Below are positions 28,387-38,153 of a stretch of 64,000 nt of DNA, piece by piece. This DNA is from a virus, in the IMG/VR virus record IMGVR_UViG_3300044712_001160, positions 3,169-67,168 of that record; one strand, 5' to 3'. Every line of letters starts with the position of its first letter. Positions within the stretch are counted from its first letter, which is position 1. Below the pieces are notes generated by a model that did no database searches, had not been told where the DNA came from, and worked only from the letters and a program-made list of their open reading frames with translations. The translations under genes and the position numbers were made by a program.

Positions 28387-29182
28387 TCACCGATAATTGG
28401 TGCACCCGTAGCTATATCGGACAACATCATCCGACACGTCGCGGATATACGCGCGATCCCATCCGCAGTTGGTGGGTAGACCGCTCGGTTGAACGGTCGT
28501 ATCCACGTGGTATTGGGGATCTAGTCGAAAGTCGACTGGCTCGGCATAGTATTGACCGCAGCCGAATAGAAACCCACATAATGCAAGAAGCCGTAGATTG
28601 CGAACGCCCACACCGAGATGGTGAAGACGATCAGCACTATCCAGGTTAGACATTCAAATAACCCCATCCTCGATGAGTTGAACGGTGATCTCATGTAGTC
28701 CTCGTGTAAGAGCTTCTTTTGCCTTGTCACTTTGCTTGAACTCCTCAGTCTTGATCATGGCTCGTATGGTGTGGACAATGCTAACCGTCAAAAAGCCCAT
28801 GTAGTTGTTCGGTATGCCGATCAGCTCAAGAGCTTGGCTGTTTCGAGCGGCGGCCTCGGTTACTTCTCGGGACGTTTTTCTTACGAGGTCTTCGACTGCG
28901 TCTTTTGCGTACTCGGGCTGAGGATTTGACGACATTGGCTAGATGCTCCAGTGATTTCTGTTGGTCGACTCGGTTTTCGAAGAGAAAGATGCGCTTGCCG
29001 ATTTCCCACAGCGGTATCAATTCAACAAGGCCCTGTAGCGGCGGTAAATCCGACAACTCATAAAGTGAGCCGTCGGGGTACCGAAGCTCGAACTTCATTG
29101 TGGACTTCGCATGGAAGTAGAGCAGCATCTTGCGCTCGAAGGCAGTTTGACCGTGCCTGCATATGTCTGGAAGTGGTCTCAT
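28387..29182 (-). other. Short minus-strand hypothetical genes (28521..28653 membrane peptide; 28654..28935; 28826..29182)
   Basis: ORF track, co-oriented with 29179..29781. Confidence 0.45.
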
Positions 29183-29781
29183 GCTTTCAGGATCTTCTTG
29201 ATTGCTTCAGCTTCCTTGGGAGTCCACGCCCAGCCGGCGTCGGGTTTTTCAACCTTGTTCCGAAGTATCTTGCGCGCGTCACGCGGGTTCATGCCGAGCT
29301 CGTCACAGATATCGCCGATGCTCACGAGACCATCGCGCGATACGGGCGCGCGTGTCTTCGTTCGAGTTCGGTTCCTTTCACGAACCTCGTTGTCAAGCGG
29401 CTTGTGTGGCGTGTCGGGTGTTTTCACGAGGCCCGCCGCTTGGCGAAGCTGAGAAAGCATCGGCTCGGGCGGAACCCAATCGCGCCGCGGTTGTTCTTCG
29501 AGCAGATCCTCAACATCGCCCATCAGCCGAAAGCGAAGCAGCTCGTCCTCGGTTTCATACCAACCCATGTCCTTGTCAACAAGCTTATACTCACGGTCGT
29601 TGATGGCGATGAGTAGCGCTTCATACGTGGCCCATCGAGTGCAGAATCCATGGATCTGCATTCGATCAAGACCCTCGCCGAACTTGAGCCATATGTTGGC
29701 TATCGGCGGACGTGAAGGCGACGACGGGATGGGGTCATCGCCATTAATCCCCCGGGAACGCTTGGTGTTCGTTTTGGCCAT
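29179..29781 (-). CDS. Protein with C-terminal winged-HTH (paralog family, copy 4)
   Basis: LVSIGDICDELGMNPRDARKILRN...GWAWT. Promoter TTGCAC-N17-TATCAT upstream. Confidence 0.7.
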   Translation of the reverse strand: MAKTNTKRSRGINGDDPIPSSPSRPPIANIWLKFGEGLDRMQIHGFCTRWATYEALLIAINDREYKLVDKDMGWYETEDELLRFRLMGDVEDLLEEQPRRDWVPPEPMLSQLRQAAGLVKTPDTPHKPLDNEVRERNRTRTKTRAPVSRDGLVSIGDICDELGMNPRDARKILRNKVEKPDAGWAWTPKEAEAIKKILKA

Positions 29782-29924
29782 TTCACATCCTCGCTGTGGT
29801 AGATAGATAATGATATCAATGAGTTATTGCCAGTGCAACGTCTACATTGCCCCTGAACAATGGTCGAAACTACCCCTTTCGATACCGGGTTGACTTCAAA
29901 CGAAATTTTAGCCATATTTCTGGC

Positions 29925-30329
29925 ATGGCAAAACACGCGAAAAAACGAGTACCGATCTCCGAGCTGAAGAAGCTCATGCAGCTGCATCCTTCCCATGAGG
30001 AAATCGCGGCTTACTTCGGTATTTCTGTGGAGTCCTGGAAGCGTCTGCTAAAGAAGGACCCCGCCGTTGCTGCCGCATATGAAGCCGGTCAGGGGCTTGG
30101 CAAGATCGGACTTCGCCGCAAGCAATTCGCGTTGGCAAGCTACAGCGCGCCGATGGCAATCCACCTCGGCAAGATTTATCTCGGTCAGGAGGATCGCTCG
30201 AAGCTCGAACTCAGCGGACCCGACGGGAACCCCATTCAGAACGAGACGGTCTTCGACTTTAGCAAGCTGAACGATGCCGAGAGAAATACCCTCCGAGCTA
30301 CGCTTGAGAAAGCGGTCGGCCGAAGCTGA
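29925..30329 (+). CDS. terS: Terminase small subunit
   Basis: N-terminal HTH, LRRKQ...MAIHLGK.YLGQ and ELSGPDGNPIQ, directly upstream of TerL. TTGACT-N16-CATATT lies 6 nt before the ATG (leaderless). Confidence 0.8.
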   Translation: MAKHAKKRVPISELKKLMQLHPSHEEIAAYFGISVESWKRLLKKDPAVAAAYEAGQGLGKIGLRRKQFALASYSAPMAIHLGKIYLGQEDRSKLELSGPDGNPIQNETVFDFSKLNDAERNTLRATLEKAVGRS

Positions 30330-31821
30330 TCCTTTCAAGACGCTAGCTGAGTTAGACCGATACGAGTCGGAGGGTTCACTCAAGGGTTTCATCAACGCCG
30401 CCTGGCACGTTGTGGAACCAGGCCGAAAGTTTAGCAGTGGCTGGCACATCGACGCTATCTGCGATCACCTTGAGGCAGTAACGGATGGTCACATCAACCG
30501 ACTGCTCATCAATGTTCCGCCCGGCTTCATGAAATCGCTGACTACCAACGTCTTCTGGCCAGCGTGGGAGTGGGGACCGAAGAACCGACCAGGTCATCGC
30601 TATGTGTCTGGTGCCTACTCGGAAACCCTGACCGTTCGTGACAACCGCCGCGCGCGAAGCCTCATTCGGGATCGGTGGTATCAGGAACTGTGGGGTGATC
30701 GCTTCAAGATCGTTTCCGATCAGGACTCGAAGATCAAGTTCGAGAATGATAAGAAGGGTTTCAAGCTTGCTACGTCCGTTCGTGGTGTTGGTACCGGTGA
30801 ACGAGGCGACCGGATCATCGTTGACGACCCGCATAACGTGAAGGACGGTGAGTCCGATGCCTACCGGGAAGAGGCGGTTTCGTGGTTTACGGAAGTGCTT
30901 CCCACTCGTATGAGCGACCCTGAAAAGTCGGCCATCGTCGTCATCATGCAGCGAGTTCACCAGGACGATGTGTCCGGCCATATCATCGCCAATGATCTTG
31001 GCTATGAGCACCTGATTCTACCGATGGAGTTTGAACCTGAGCGTCGGTGCTACACTAGCATTGGCTTCAAGGACCCCAGAACCGAAGACGGAGAGCTGCT
31101 GTGGCCGGAGCGATTTACACCTGCAGTGCTCGAACGAGACAAGAAAGTTATGGGCGCTTACGCAACGGCTGGTCAATTCCAGCAGCGTCCTACGCCTCGC
31201 GGCGGTGGTATGTTCCATCGAGACTGGTTCCAGAAGGTTGATCGTGCACCCATCGGCGGTAAGATCGTTCGTGCATGGGACCTTGCAGCAACTGAAGCAG
31301 CGAAGGCTCGATCCGGTACTGCCTACACCGCTGGGCTGCTGATGAAGATGGTTAATGAGCAGTACTACATCATGGACGTTCGCCGCGGCAGGTGGAGTGA
31401 ACTCCAGGTTGACGAAGAACTTTTGGGCTGTGCGCAGGAAGACGGATACGGTGTTCGTATATCGCTACCTCAAGACCCCGGTCAAGCGGGCAAGGTTCAA
31501 GTTAAGCGGTTTGTCAAGCTCCTTAAAGGCTATGACGTCCGGTACTCAGTTGAATCCGGAAACAAAGAAGTTCGCGCAACGGGCCTCAGTGCCCAAGCCG
31601 AAGCGGGGAACGTCTTCATCGTGAGAGGCCAGTGGAACTCAGCGTTCCTTGATGAGATCTCGAACTTCCCTATGGCATCAATCAAAGACCAGGTCGATGC
31701 GGCCTCCCGTGCATTCGGTGAGCTGATCGGAATGGAAAACCGTCAACAGGAGTCTGCTCCGCCGCAGGCTGTGGACCCAGAGGAGCTAGTTGATGACTTC
31801 GACCTTGCCCAAGCTTACTGA
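30274..31821 (+). CDS. terL: Terminase large subunit
   Basis: INVPPGFMKS Walker A, IIVDDPH Walker B, MQRVHQDD, RAWDLA and DQVDA nuclease motifs. Confidence 0.95.
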   Translation: MPREIPSELRLRKRSAEADPFKTLAELDRYESEGSLKGFINAAWHVVEPGRKFSSGWHIDAICDHLEAVTDGHINRLLINVPPGFMKSLTTNVFWPAWEWGPKNRPGHRYVSGAYSETLTVRDNRRARSLIRDRWYQELWGDRFKIVSDQDSKIKFENDKKGFKLATSVRGVGTGERGDRIIVDDPHNVKDGESDAYREEAVSWFTEVLPTRMSDPEKSAIVVIMQRVHQDDVSGHIIANDLGYEHLILPMEFEPERRCYTSIGFKDPRTEDGELLWPERFTPAVLERDKKVMGAYATAGQFQQRPTPRGGGMFHRDWFQKVDRAPIGGKIVRAWDLAATEAAKARSGTAYTAGLLMKMVNEQYYIMDVRRGRWSELQVDEELLGCAQEDGYGVRISLPQDPGQAGKVQVKRFVKLLKGYDVRYSVESGNKEVRATGLSAQAEAGNVFIVRGQWNSAFLDEISNFPMASIKDQVDAASRAFGELIGMENRQQESAPPQAVDPEELVDDFDLAQAY

Positions 31822-33289
31822 GGAAATCCCCGAAGCGGGCTCCGTAATCGAGATTGGCGTCGCCGGTACTAAGCATACCGGCGGCTATTTGGTTGAGGAA
31901 GAGAAAGACTCCTCACTAGTAGGTTCCGAGAAGTATCGCACCTTCTCCAACCTGCTGCTCAACACGTCCGTCGTTGCGGCTTCGGTTCGATATTATCTAA
32001 ACCTTGTCACCAAGGCCGGTTGGAGATTTACTCCCGCTGAGGATGACAAGGACAGCTTCTATGCCGACCTCGTGAATGAGATCATGAACGACATGATGAC
32101 CCCCTTCCACAGGGTTGTTCGTCGTGCAGCGATGTTCCGCTTCTACGGCTACAGCATCCACGAGTGGACGGCGAAGCAGCGTGAGGACGGGAACTACGGC
32201 TTCTTCGATATCGCTGTCCGCCCTCAACGCACCATCGAGAAGTGGGAGATTGACGACAAGGGTCGGATGGTTGGTGCATACCAAACCGATCCAAACACCG
32301 GCGTCGAGACCTACATTCCTCGTTGGAAGCTACTCTATGTCGTGGACGACAGCTTGAACGACAACCCCGAAGGTGTTGGTCTGTTCCGTCATCTGGTTTA
32401 CCCGGCTCGTCGGCTTGAGCGTTATGAGCAGCTCGAGGGCTACGGCTTTGAGTCTGACCTTCGGGGTGTACCCATTGGTCGTGCACCACTGGCCGAGATG
32501 AACCGGAAACTCGAGAACGGCGATATCGACCAGGCCACCTACGACCGGTACCTGGCGCCGGTCATGCGTTTCCTCAAGGCACATGTGAAATCGCCTAGGC
32601 TGGGTATGCTGCTCGACAGCGCCACCTACTCAGCAAAGGATGACGCCGCCACACCCTCGCCGAACCTTCAGTGGAATATCGAACTGCTTCGTGGTTCACC
32701 TACGTCGCTGATGGAGAACGCCGCGGCCATTGAGCGCATCAACCTCGAGATGGCTCGGATGATGGGTACCGAACACCTGCTGATCGGCGGTGACGGTAAA
32801 GGCTCCATGGCGCTGTCTACGGACAAGTCGCACAACTTCGCGCTCATCGTCGAGAGCTCGCTGAAGGAAATCGCGGAATCCGTTCAGAAGGACATCCTGC
32901 CCGTCCTGTGGGTACTGAACGGCTGGCCGATTGAGATGATGCCCATTACGGAGCCTGAGCCCATTCGGTTCCGTAACCCCGAGCAGATTACCTCGGCTAT
33001 TCTCGACATGGCTCGCGCCGGTGCCGTCATCACTCCCGAGGACCCGGTCGTCAACGCGATCCGTGACGTGCTTAACCTGCCCCGTACTACACCCGAAACG
33101 CTGCCCGATGATCAGGTACTCGGCGGTGGTAAGCCGATGCTTGACGAAAACGGTGACCCTATCCTTGATGAGAATGGCCAGCCCGTTCTTGAACAGGGTG
33201 GGTCCTTTGGTGAAGAGGATGGCCAACCCGACAGCGATACCATCGAGGGCGCTGTGGCCAACATCAACGAAGACCTCGAGGATAAATAG
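31790..33289 (+). CDS. Portal protein
   Basis: Position after TerL, YGYSIHE, NPEGVGLFR, acidic C-tail. Confidence 0.85.
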   Translation: MMTSTLPKLTEEIPEAGSVIEIGVAGTKHTGGYLVEEEKDSSLVGSEKYRTFSNLLLNTSVVAASVRYYLNLVTKAGWRFTPAEDDKDSFYADLVNEIMNDMMTPFHRVVRRAAMFRFYGYSIHEWTAKQREDGNYGFFDIAVRPQRTIEKWEIDDKGRMVGAYQTDPNTGVETYIPRWKLLYVVDDSLNDNPEGVGLFRHLVYPARRLERYEQLEGYGFESDLRGVPIGRAPLAEMNRKLENGDIDQATYDRYLAPVMRFLKAHVKSPRLGMLLDSATYSAKDDAATPSPNLQWNIELLRGSPTSLMENAAAIERINLEMARMMGTEHLLIGGDGKGSMALSTDKSHNFALIVESSLKEIAESVQKDILPVLWVLNGWPIEMMPITEPEPIRFRNPEQITSAILDMARAGAVITPEDPVVNAIRDVLNLPRTTPETLPDDQVLGGGKPMLDENGDPILDENGQPVLEQGGSFGEEDGQPDSDTIEGAVANINEDLEDK

Positions 33290-33301
33290 AAAGGAAGTAA
33301 C

Positions 33302-33703
33302 GTGGCACTTCAATACTCCACCGTTGTGAACAACGCGCGGCTGGATGCCATCGAAACTGCGATTGGCACAGCGGCTATTCTTCGTATCCGAACTGGTGCA
33401 CCGCCGGCTAACTGTGCTGCGGCTGACTCGGGTACAATTCTTGCTGAACTGACGCTGCCGTCCGACTGGATGGCCGCTGCTTCTGGCGGGAGCAAAGCTA
33501 AGTCCGGTACTTGGCAAGACTTGACGGCCAACAACTCGGGTACTGCAGCTCACTGGCGTATCTACGATAGCACCGGTGCTATCTGCCACATGCAGGGTAC
33601 CTATGGTACGTCGGGTGCTGACATGATTGGCGACAGCACGAACTTCACCGCTGGCCAGGCCTTCACGGTCAACACCTTCACTATCACTGCAGCCAACACG
33701 TAA
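33302..33703 (+). CDS. Virion structural protein (possible head appendage)
   Basis: Ala/Gly/Thr-rich beta protein with SD AAGGAAG. Confidence 0.6.
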   Translation: MALQYSTVVNNARLDAIETAIGTAAILRIRTGAPPANCAAADSGTILAELTLPSDWMAAASGGSKAKSGTWQDLTANNSGTAAHWRIYDSTGAICHMQGTYGTSGADMIGDSTNFTAGQAFTVNTFTITAANT

Positions 33704-33714
33704 AGGAAACACGA

Positions 33715-34140
33715 ATGGCTATTCAGTCACAAGGCGCAAGAACTTCCGGCGTCACCGTCGCCAACGCCAACTTCGGCATCTATACTCCGGCTACCGTTCG
33801 TGCCGCGCTGCTCGAGTTTGGCCTGATCCAAGTCACTGGTACTGCCCAGTCGATCGGCCTTGGACGTCCCGCCACCGCGGGTACTCCCACTGGTCCGGTG
33901 TTGTTCCAGCAGGATGACCCAGCGGATGCACCGGCGGTGGTCAACGGCCACATTACCTGGTCTGCGCAACCCACTGCCCCCACTGTCTTCCACCGTCGCT
34001 GGAACTCGGCGGCCACAATTGGCGTCGGCGTGATCTGGACCTTCCCGCGTGGCTTCATCATTCCGGTTTCGAGTTCCCTCGTTTCGTGGAACATCACCAC
34101 CGCAGTCGCCATGGATATCAACGCAGTCTTGGATGCCTAA
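33715..34140 (+). CDS. Virion structural protein, putative
   Basis: Beta-rich 141 aa, SD AAGGA. Confidence 0.55.
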   Translation: MAIQSQGARTSGVTVANANFGIYTPATVRAALLEFGLIQVTGTAQSIGLGRPATAGTPTGPVLFQQDDPADAPAVVNGHITWSAQPTAPTVFHRRWNSAATIGVGVIWTFPRGFIIPVSSSLVSWNITTAVAMDINAVLDA

Positions 34141-34142
34141 TC

Positions 34143-34400
34143 ATGAGTGTAGACGAGGATCGTTTCCTGAAGATGCAGCGGGACGCGGAGAATGCGCCCC
34201 GCTACTTCGCCACAGTCAAGATTGTGGTCAACTTCGACGGGACCATGGGCATGGACGGCCCGTTTGGCGACAAGGAACTGTTTCTGAAAATCCTTGAACA
34301 GGCAACTGACTGCGTCAAGGCGAACGCCAAGGACCGTGGGACACTGCTCGTGCCCGCGGAGTACGGCGACGCCAAGGCGCGACCGGAGGGGTACTTCTGA
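34143..34400 (+). CDS. Hypothetical protein
   Basis: 85-aa ORF in the late operon. Confidence 0.55.
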   Translation: MSVDEDRFLKMQRDAENAPRYFATVKIVVNFDGTMGMDGPFGDKELFLKILEQATDCVKANAKDRGTLLVPAEYGDAKARPEGYF

Positions 34401-34894
34401 TGAGCCAGCTTGTCGGGGGTGCACTGCCGCAGTTCATTCTTCAGCGAAAGGATCGTCGGCTAGTTCCCACCTACGGCGTGATCCGGCGTGAGCGCGACCG
34501 GATCGTAGATCGGGATTTGCCCACGGCTTACCCAGGTGGATACTCCACTGCCTTCTGGCCAGGTGGCCGCGGGTTCATCGGTGATCAAGGTGCGGATGTT
34601 GGTCTTCAAGAGGCGGTGTATAGCCGCCCGATGGCTCGACTAGCTTGGGGTAATGCCTCCCGTGTGGGCTTCGTGGGTACCACTCGAGATGCCTATGGTA
34701 CGCCCATCGGTGGTGTTACGTGCTCGCTGTTCCGGACTGCTGACAGACTGTTCATCATGGACATAGTTTCCGACGCTAATGGGGACTTTCTTCTTCAGTC
34801 CTGGTACTCGCCGGATACCCACTTCATCGTGTTCTACAAAGCTGGAGCTCCCAGCATCTATGGTACAACCGACCAGACTTTGATCGGGGCATAG
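34400..34894 (+). CDS. Hypothetical protein with Ig/transthyretin-like C-terminal domain
   Basis: GTTRDAYGTPIGGVTCSLFRT...SDANGDF. Confidence 0.55.
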   Translation: MSQLVGGALPQFILQRKDRRLVPTYGVIRRERDRIVDRDLPTAYPGGYSTAFWPGGRGFIGDQGADVGLQEAVYSRPMARLAWGNASRVGFVGTTRDAYGTPIGGVTCSLFRTADRLFIMDIVSDANGDFLLQSWYSPDTHFIVFYKAGAPSIYGTTDQTLIGA

Positions 34895-34897
34895 TTC

Positions 34898-36103
34898 ATG
34901 TCCATCCTGGGCACTCTCAGACCAGCTAACCCCAACGAGTACTACCTCGTTACTGAGAGACCCCAGGAGAATATCGAAGCTTGGCTTCTTGGCGGCGATG
35001 GCTATCACCTTCGTGGAAAAGGGCCAATCGCCGCTCCGGCTTTGGAGCCTGGTGCGCCAGTTGTAGCTGATGGCGCCGCCGTTGAAGAGCCTGACACTCT
35101 TGAAAGCCAATCGGCGTTGGGTCTTCCGATCCTCGCCGATCTGTCAGTAACTGAAGACAGCGACTCTATATTCGCCGACGCAACCCTGACAATCCTCTCA
35201 TCCGCTGCGATGACAGAAGCTGCGGATACGATTGTCACCTCAGCTACTCTTGACCTTCGAGCTTCCGCTTCAATATCGGAAGCTGCGGATACGCTCTCGA
35301 GTTCCGCTGCCGTTGCTATAGTATCTTCTCTCGCCATCACCGAGGGCAGCGACAGCATCTCTGCTTCGGCCACACTAAGTATTCTTGCAAGCGCTACCCT
35401 AACGGAAACCGCCGATACACTAACCTCGGCTGTATCGTTGGCGATCATCGCCACACTGGGCGGCGTTGAGCAGCCAGACGTCGTTTCGTCCACAGCTTCG
35501 CTGAGCGCTTCCCCGATAGCTGCTGACGCCGCCCTTACGGAAGGCGCCGATAGCTTTGCCTCGACTGCCACACTAGCCGTAACGGCCAACGTTGGCCTAA
35601 CCGAAGCTGCCGACAGTATTACCTCGACCGCCTCCGTTTCGATCTCCGCTTCGACCACCATTACTGAAGCCGCCGACGTAATCTCCACCGATGCTCGACT
35701 GGCCGTCAACGCTTCGCTCTCCATTGTGGAATTGGGCGACGTTGTTCAAGCTGAAGCGCGCGTAGAGATCAACGTAGATGCCCTCCTGCTAGAGGCCGGC
35801 GACACAGTTATTGCCATCGGCGAGTTTGCTCTTGGGGCTTCCGTTGTAGTTACAGAAGGCAATGATAGTCTACTTGCTTTCGGCCGCATTATCTTCCTGC
35901 CTACGCCTGACGTGCTTGAGGGCGACGGTGAAGCGGCTACGGTAATCGGTCGACTAGGTACCTTGCCCGTTACAGTTCAAGGTTCAGCTAAAAATGCCAC
36001 GCTCTCGGGTCGACTTTCCGGCATTCCTGTAGTATACGGTGCTAACAATGCCCCGCCAGCGCTTATCGGACGTGCATCCAACAACACCCTAATCGGGCTC
36101 TAA
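34898..36103 (+). CDS. Tandem-repeat (about 25-aa, TEAADT) filamentous structural protein
   Basis: About 12 imperfect E.AD.(I/L).S.A.L repeats. Confidence 0.65.
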   Translation: MSILGTLRPANPNEYYLVTERPQENIEAWLLGGDGYHLRGKGPIAAPALEPGAPVVADGAAVEEPDTLESQSALGLPILADLSVTEDSDSIFADATLTILSSAAMTEAADTIVTSATLDLRASASISEAADTLSSSAAVAIVSSLAITEGSDSISASATLSILASATLTETADTLTSAVSLAIIATLGGVEQPDVVSSTASLSASPIAADAALTEGADSFASTATLAVTANVGLTEAADSITSTASVSISASTTITEAADVISTDARLAVNASLSIVELGDVVQAEARVEINVDALLLEAGDTVIAIGEFALGASVVVTEGNDSLLAFGRIIFLPTPDVLEGDGEAATVIGRLGTLPVTVQGSAKNATLSGRLSGIPVVYGANNAPPALIGRASNNTLIGL

Positions 36104-36116
36104 CGAGGGTCACCAA

Positions 36117-36467
36117 ATGGAAGACCAAGACCTGATAACCAACTTCTTCAAAGGTGAGTCCATCGAGCTCACGGTGTTGGCGAAGAACAATGACGGTACT
36201 ACGCTCACTGATCCAGCTGACTACAGCCTTCTCCTTACTGTGGGCGTGAATGCCGGTGCAGTGCCGTTCGTCGAGTTCAACTCCCACTATACTCTGATCG
36301 ACCCGCCAACCGCCACCTTCAATATCACCGTGCCCAACGCAGAGTTAACAGACCTTCTCGAGGGCAAGACGTACTACTATAATATCTGGTCTCAAGGGCT
36401 TTCCGGTGACCCCCGACTTCAGTGTAAGGGGAAGATTGTGCTCAACAAGTCCATCGCTCCAACCTGA
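36117..36467 (+). CDS. Ig-like/BppU-like adaptor, putative
   Basis: FKGESIELTV...GKTYYYNIW...GKIVL pattern. Confidence 0.5.
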   Translation: MEDQDLITNFFKGESIELTVLAKNNDGTTLTDPADYSLLLTVGVNAGAVPFVEFNSHYTLIDPPTATFNITVPNAELTDLLEGKTYYYNIWSQGLSGDPRLQCKGKIVLNKSIAPT

Positions 36468-36478
36468 GGTACTGACCA

Positions 36479-37033
36479 ATGGCTACAGTTAGCGTCAACG
36501 GATTGGACTTCAACGTTCTTGCCAGCGTGGATGACGCACTCATCTACATCACTGGTTCCACGTCCGAGTCCGCTACTACCTGGCTTGCTTCAGACGAGGA
36601 CTTTCAGGGTCGAACGCTGGTGAGCGCCAACCGTATCATGAACCGGCTACGATGGATCGGTGAAGTAGCGGTACCCAATCAGCCGAATGCCTGGCCGAGA
36701 ATTGGCGAAGGCATTACACCGACGCCGCCGCTCGACAGCCCCATCGCCATCTACAATGGATTCTACGAACTGGCACTGCTCCTTGTGGAAAACCCCGAGC
36801 TGGCCAATTCGCCTTCGTCCGGCTCGAACGTTCAGCGAGCTAAGGGTGGTGATGCTGAGGTGTGGTTCTTCCGGTCGACGCTCGATGGTGCACCCCCGTT
36901 GCCCACAGCTGCCTACGCCTGGTTCAAGCCCTACCTTCTGAGCGGCGTGGGTATCCTTTCGCAGGACTCAGGTACTTTCCAAGGCGAGTTCACTTCGGTG
37001 TTTGACAATGATCCTGAAGGTGAGGTCTACTGA
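36479..37033 (+). CDS. Head-tail adaptor (DnaT-like family)
   Basis: ASVDDA..Y, W.G..QP.AWPR, YELAL. Confidence 0.7.
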   Translation: MATVSVNGLDFNVLASVDDALIYITGSTSESATTWLASDEDFQGRTLVSANRIMNRLRWIGEVAVPNQPNAWPRIGEGITPTPPLDSPIAIYNGFYELALLLVENPELANSPSSGSNVQRAKGGDAEVWFFRSTLDGAPPLPTAAYAWFKPYLLSGVGILSQDSGTFQGEFTSVFDNDPEGEVY

Positions 37034-37413
37034 TGCCCAAACTCTTCGGCCTCGCAATCGACCAGATCATTCACCGGGAACTCTCTCCCGGTCTTCTCAA
37101 GGGAACCCTTTATCGGGATATTAATGGAGTAAGAAATGCAAACGACCCAACCGCTGGCCCTGTTGGTGGTTCAACGACTGCCCATTCCTTCAAGGGCATC
37201 ATCCAGTACTACCGGGACAACGAAGTAGACAACGAGCTTGTCCTGAAGGAGGATCGAAAGATCCTCATCATCGCCAAATCCATCAAGCCGGCAATCGTGC
37301 CCGAAATAGGCATGAGGGTTCAGATGAGCGACAACCCCGGAAACACCTTCCAGGTTGTTCGCGTCAATCGAGACCCAGCCAGCGCCACCTATCTCTGTCA
37401 AGGTCGACTCTGA
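37033..37413 (+). CDS. Head closure/stopper protein
   Basis: Position, EDRKILI...P..G...DPASATY.CQGR. Confidence 0.65.
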   Translation: MPKLFGLAIDQIIHRELSPGLLKGTLYRDINGVRNANDPTAGPVGGSTTAHSFKGIIQYYRDNEVDNELVLKEDRKILIIAKSIKPAIVPEIGMRVQMSDNPGNTFQVVRVNRDPASATYLCQGRL

Positions 37414-38153
37414 TGACACCCGAACGGACAGAGAAACTACTTCGCCGCTTCCGTCGTGCAATACGACAGCAATGGCTTCGTGCTGTTTCCGCTGTTGATG
37501 CTTCTCAAGACGCGCGGGTTGCGGCGGAGCGTTTCGCAGACTTGGTGATACGGCAGGCTATTCTGGCGGGGTATGCCGAAGCCAATCACCTTAAAGGCGT
37601 CTTCGACCCAACGTCTTCTGCGGAACGCTTTCGCGTCGAGAGAGCTGGAATCGTGTCACGGTTTCTCGCTGACGCTCAGAGGGGACGAGGCGGGTTCTCC
37701 TCTGGGCTTAGCGCACGTCAGCTGAGAGACCTCCGCGCATATGCCGCAACACTGGAGGCCGCTACTCTCGACGCGATTGACTTCAATGCTCGACCGACCT
37801 TCACGACCCTCGAGTCTCGTCGGATGCTACGTCGAGTTGAGCAGGCTATGGTTCGTCAGCGAGCCGAGGTGATCTCGCGCACTCAGGCCATGACTGCGCT
37901 TCATCTTGGCCTCGATGTTGCGGTCGAACAGACCCAGACTGTGGAAGGCAAGCGTATCGCCCGTAAGTGGGTGACCGCTCAGGATGAGAAAGTTCGTTCG
38001 TCCCACGCTTCCCTTAACGGTCAGGTCAAGTTCTTCAACGAGCCGTTTGTCTCGGGCAACGGCAATTGGCTTATGAGACCCGGGGACCCATCAGCACCTG
38101 CATCCGAAACCGTCAACTGCCGGTGCATGCTAATCACGGAGCAAGTCGAATGA
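37413..38153 (+). CDS. Head morphogenesis protein (SPP1 gp7/Mu F family)
   Basis: KWVTAQDEKVRSSH..LNG...PF...PGDP...NCRC. Confidence 0.85.
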   Translation: MTPERTEKLLRRFRRAIRQQWLRAVSAVDASQDARVAAERFADLVIRQAILAGYAEANHLKGVFDPTSSAERFRVERAGIVSRFLADAQRGRGGFSSGLSARQLRDLRAYAATLEAATLDAIDFNARPTFTTLESRRMLRRVEQAMVRQRAEVISRTQAMTALHLGLDVAVEQTQTVEGKRIARKWVTAQDEKVRSSHASLNGQVKFFNEPFVSGNGNWLMRPGDPSAPASETVNCRCMLITEQVE

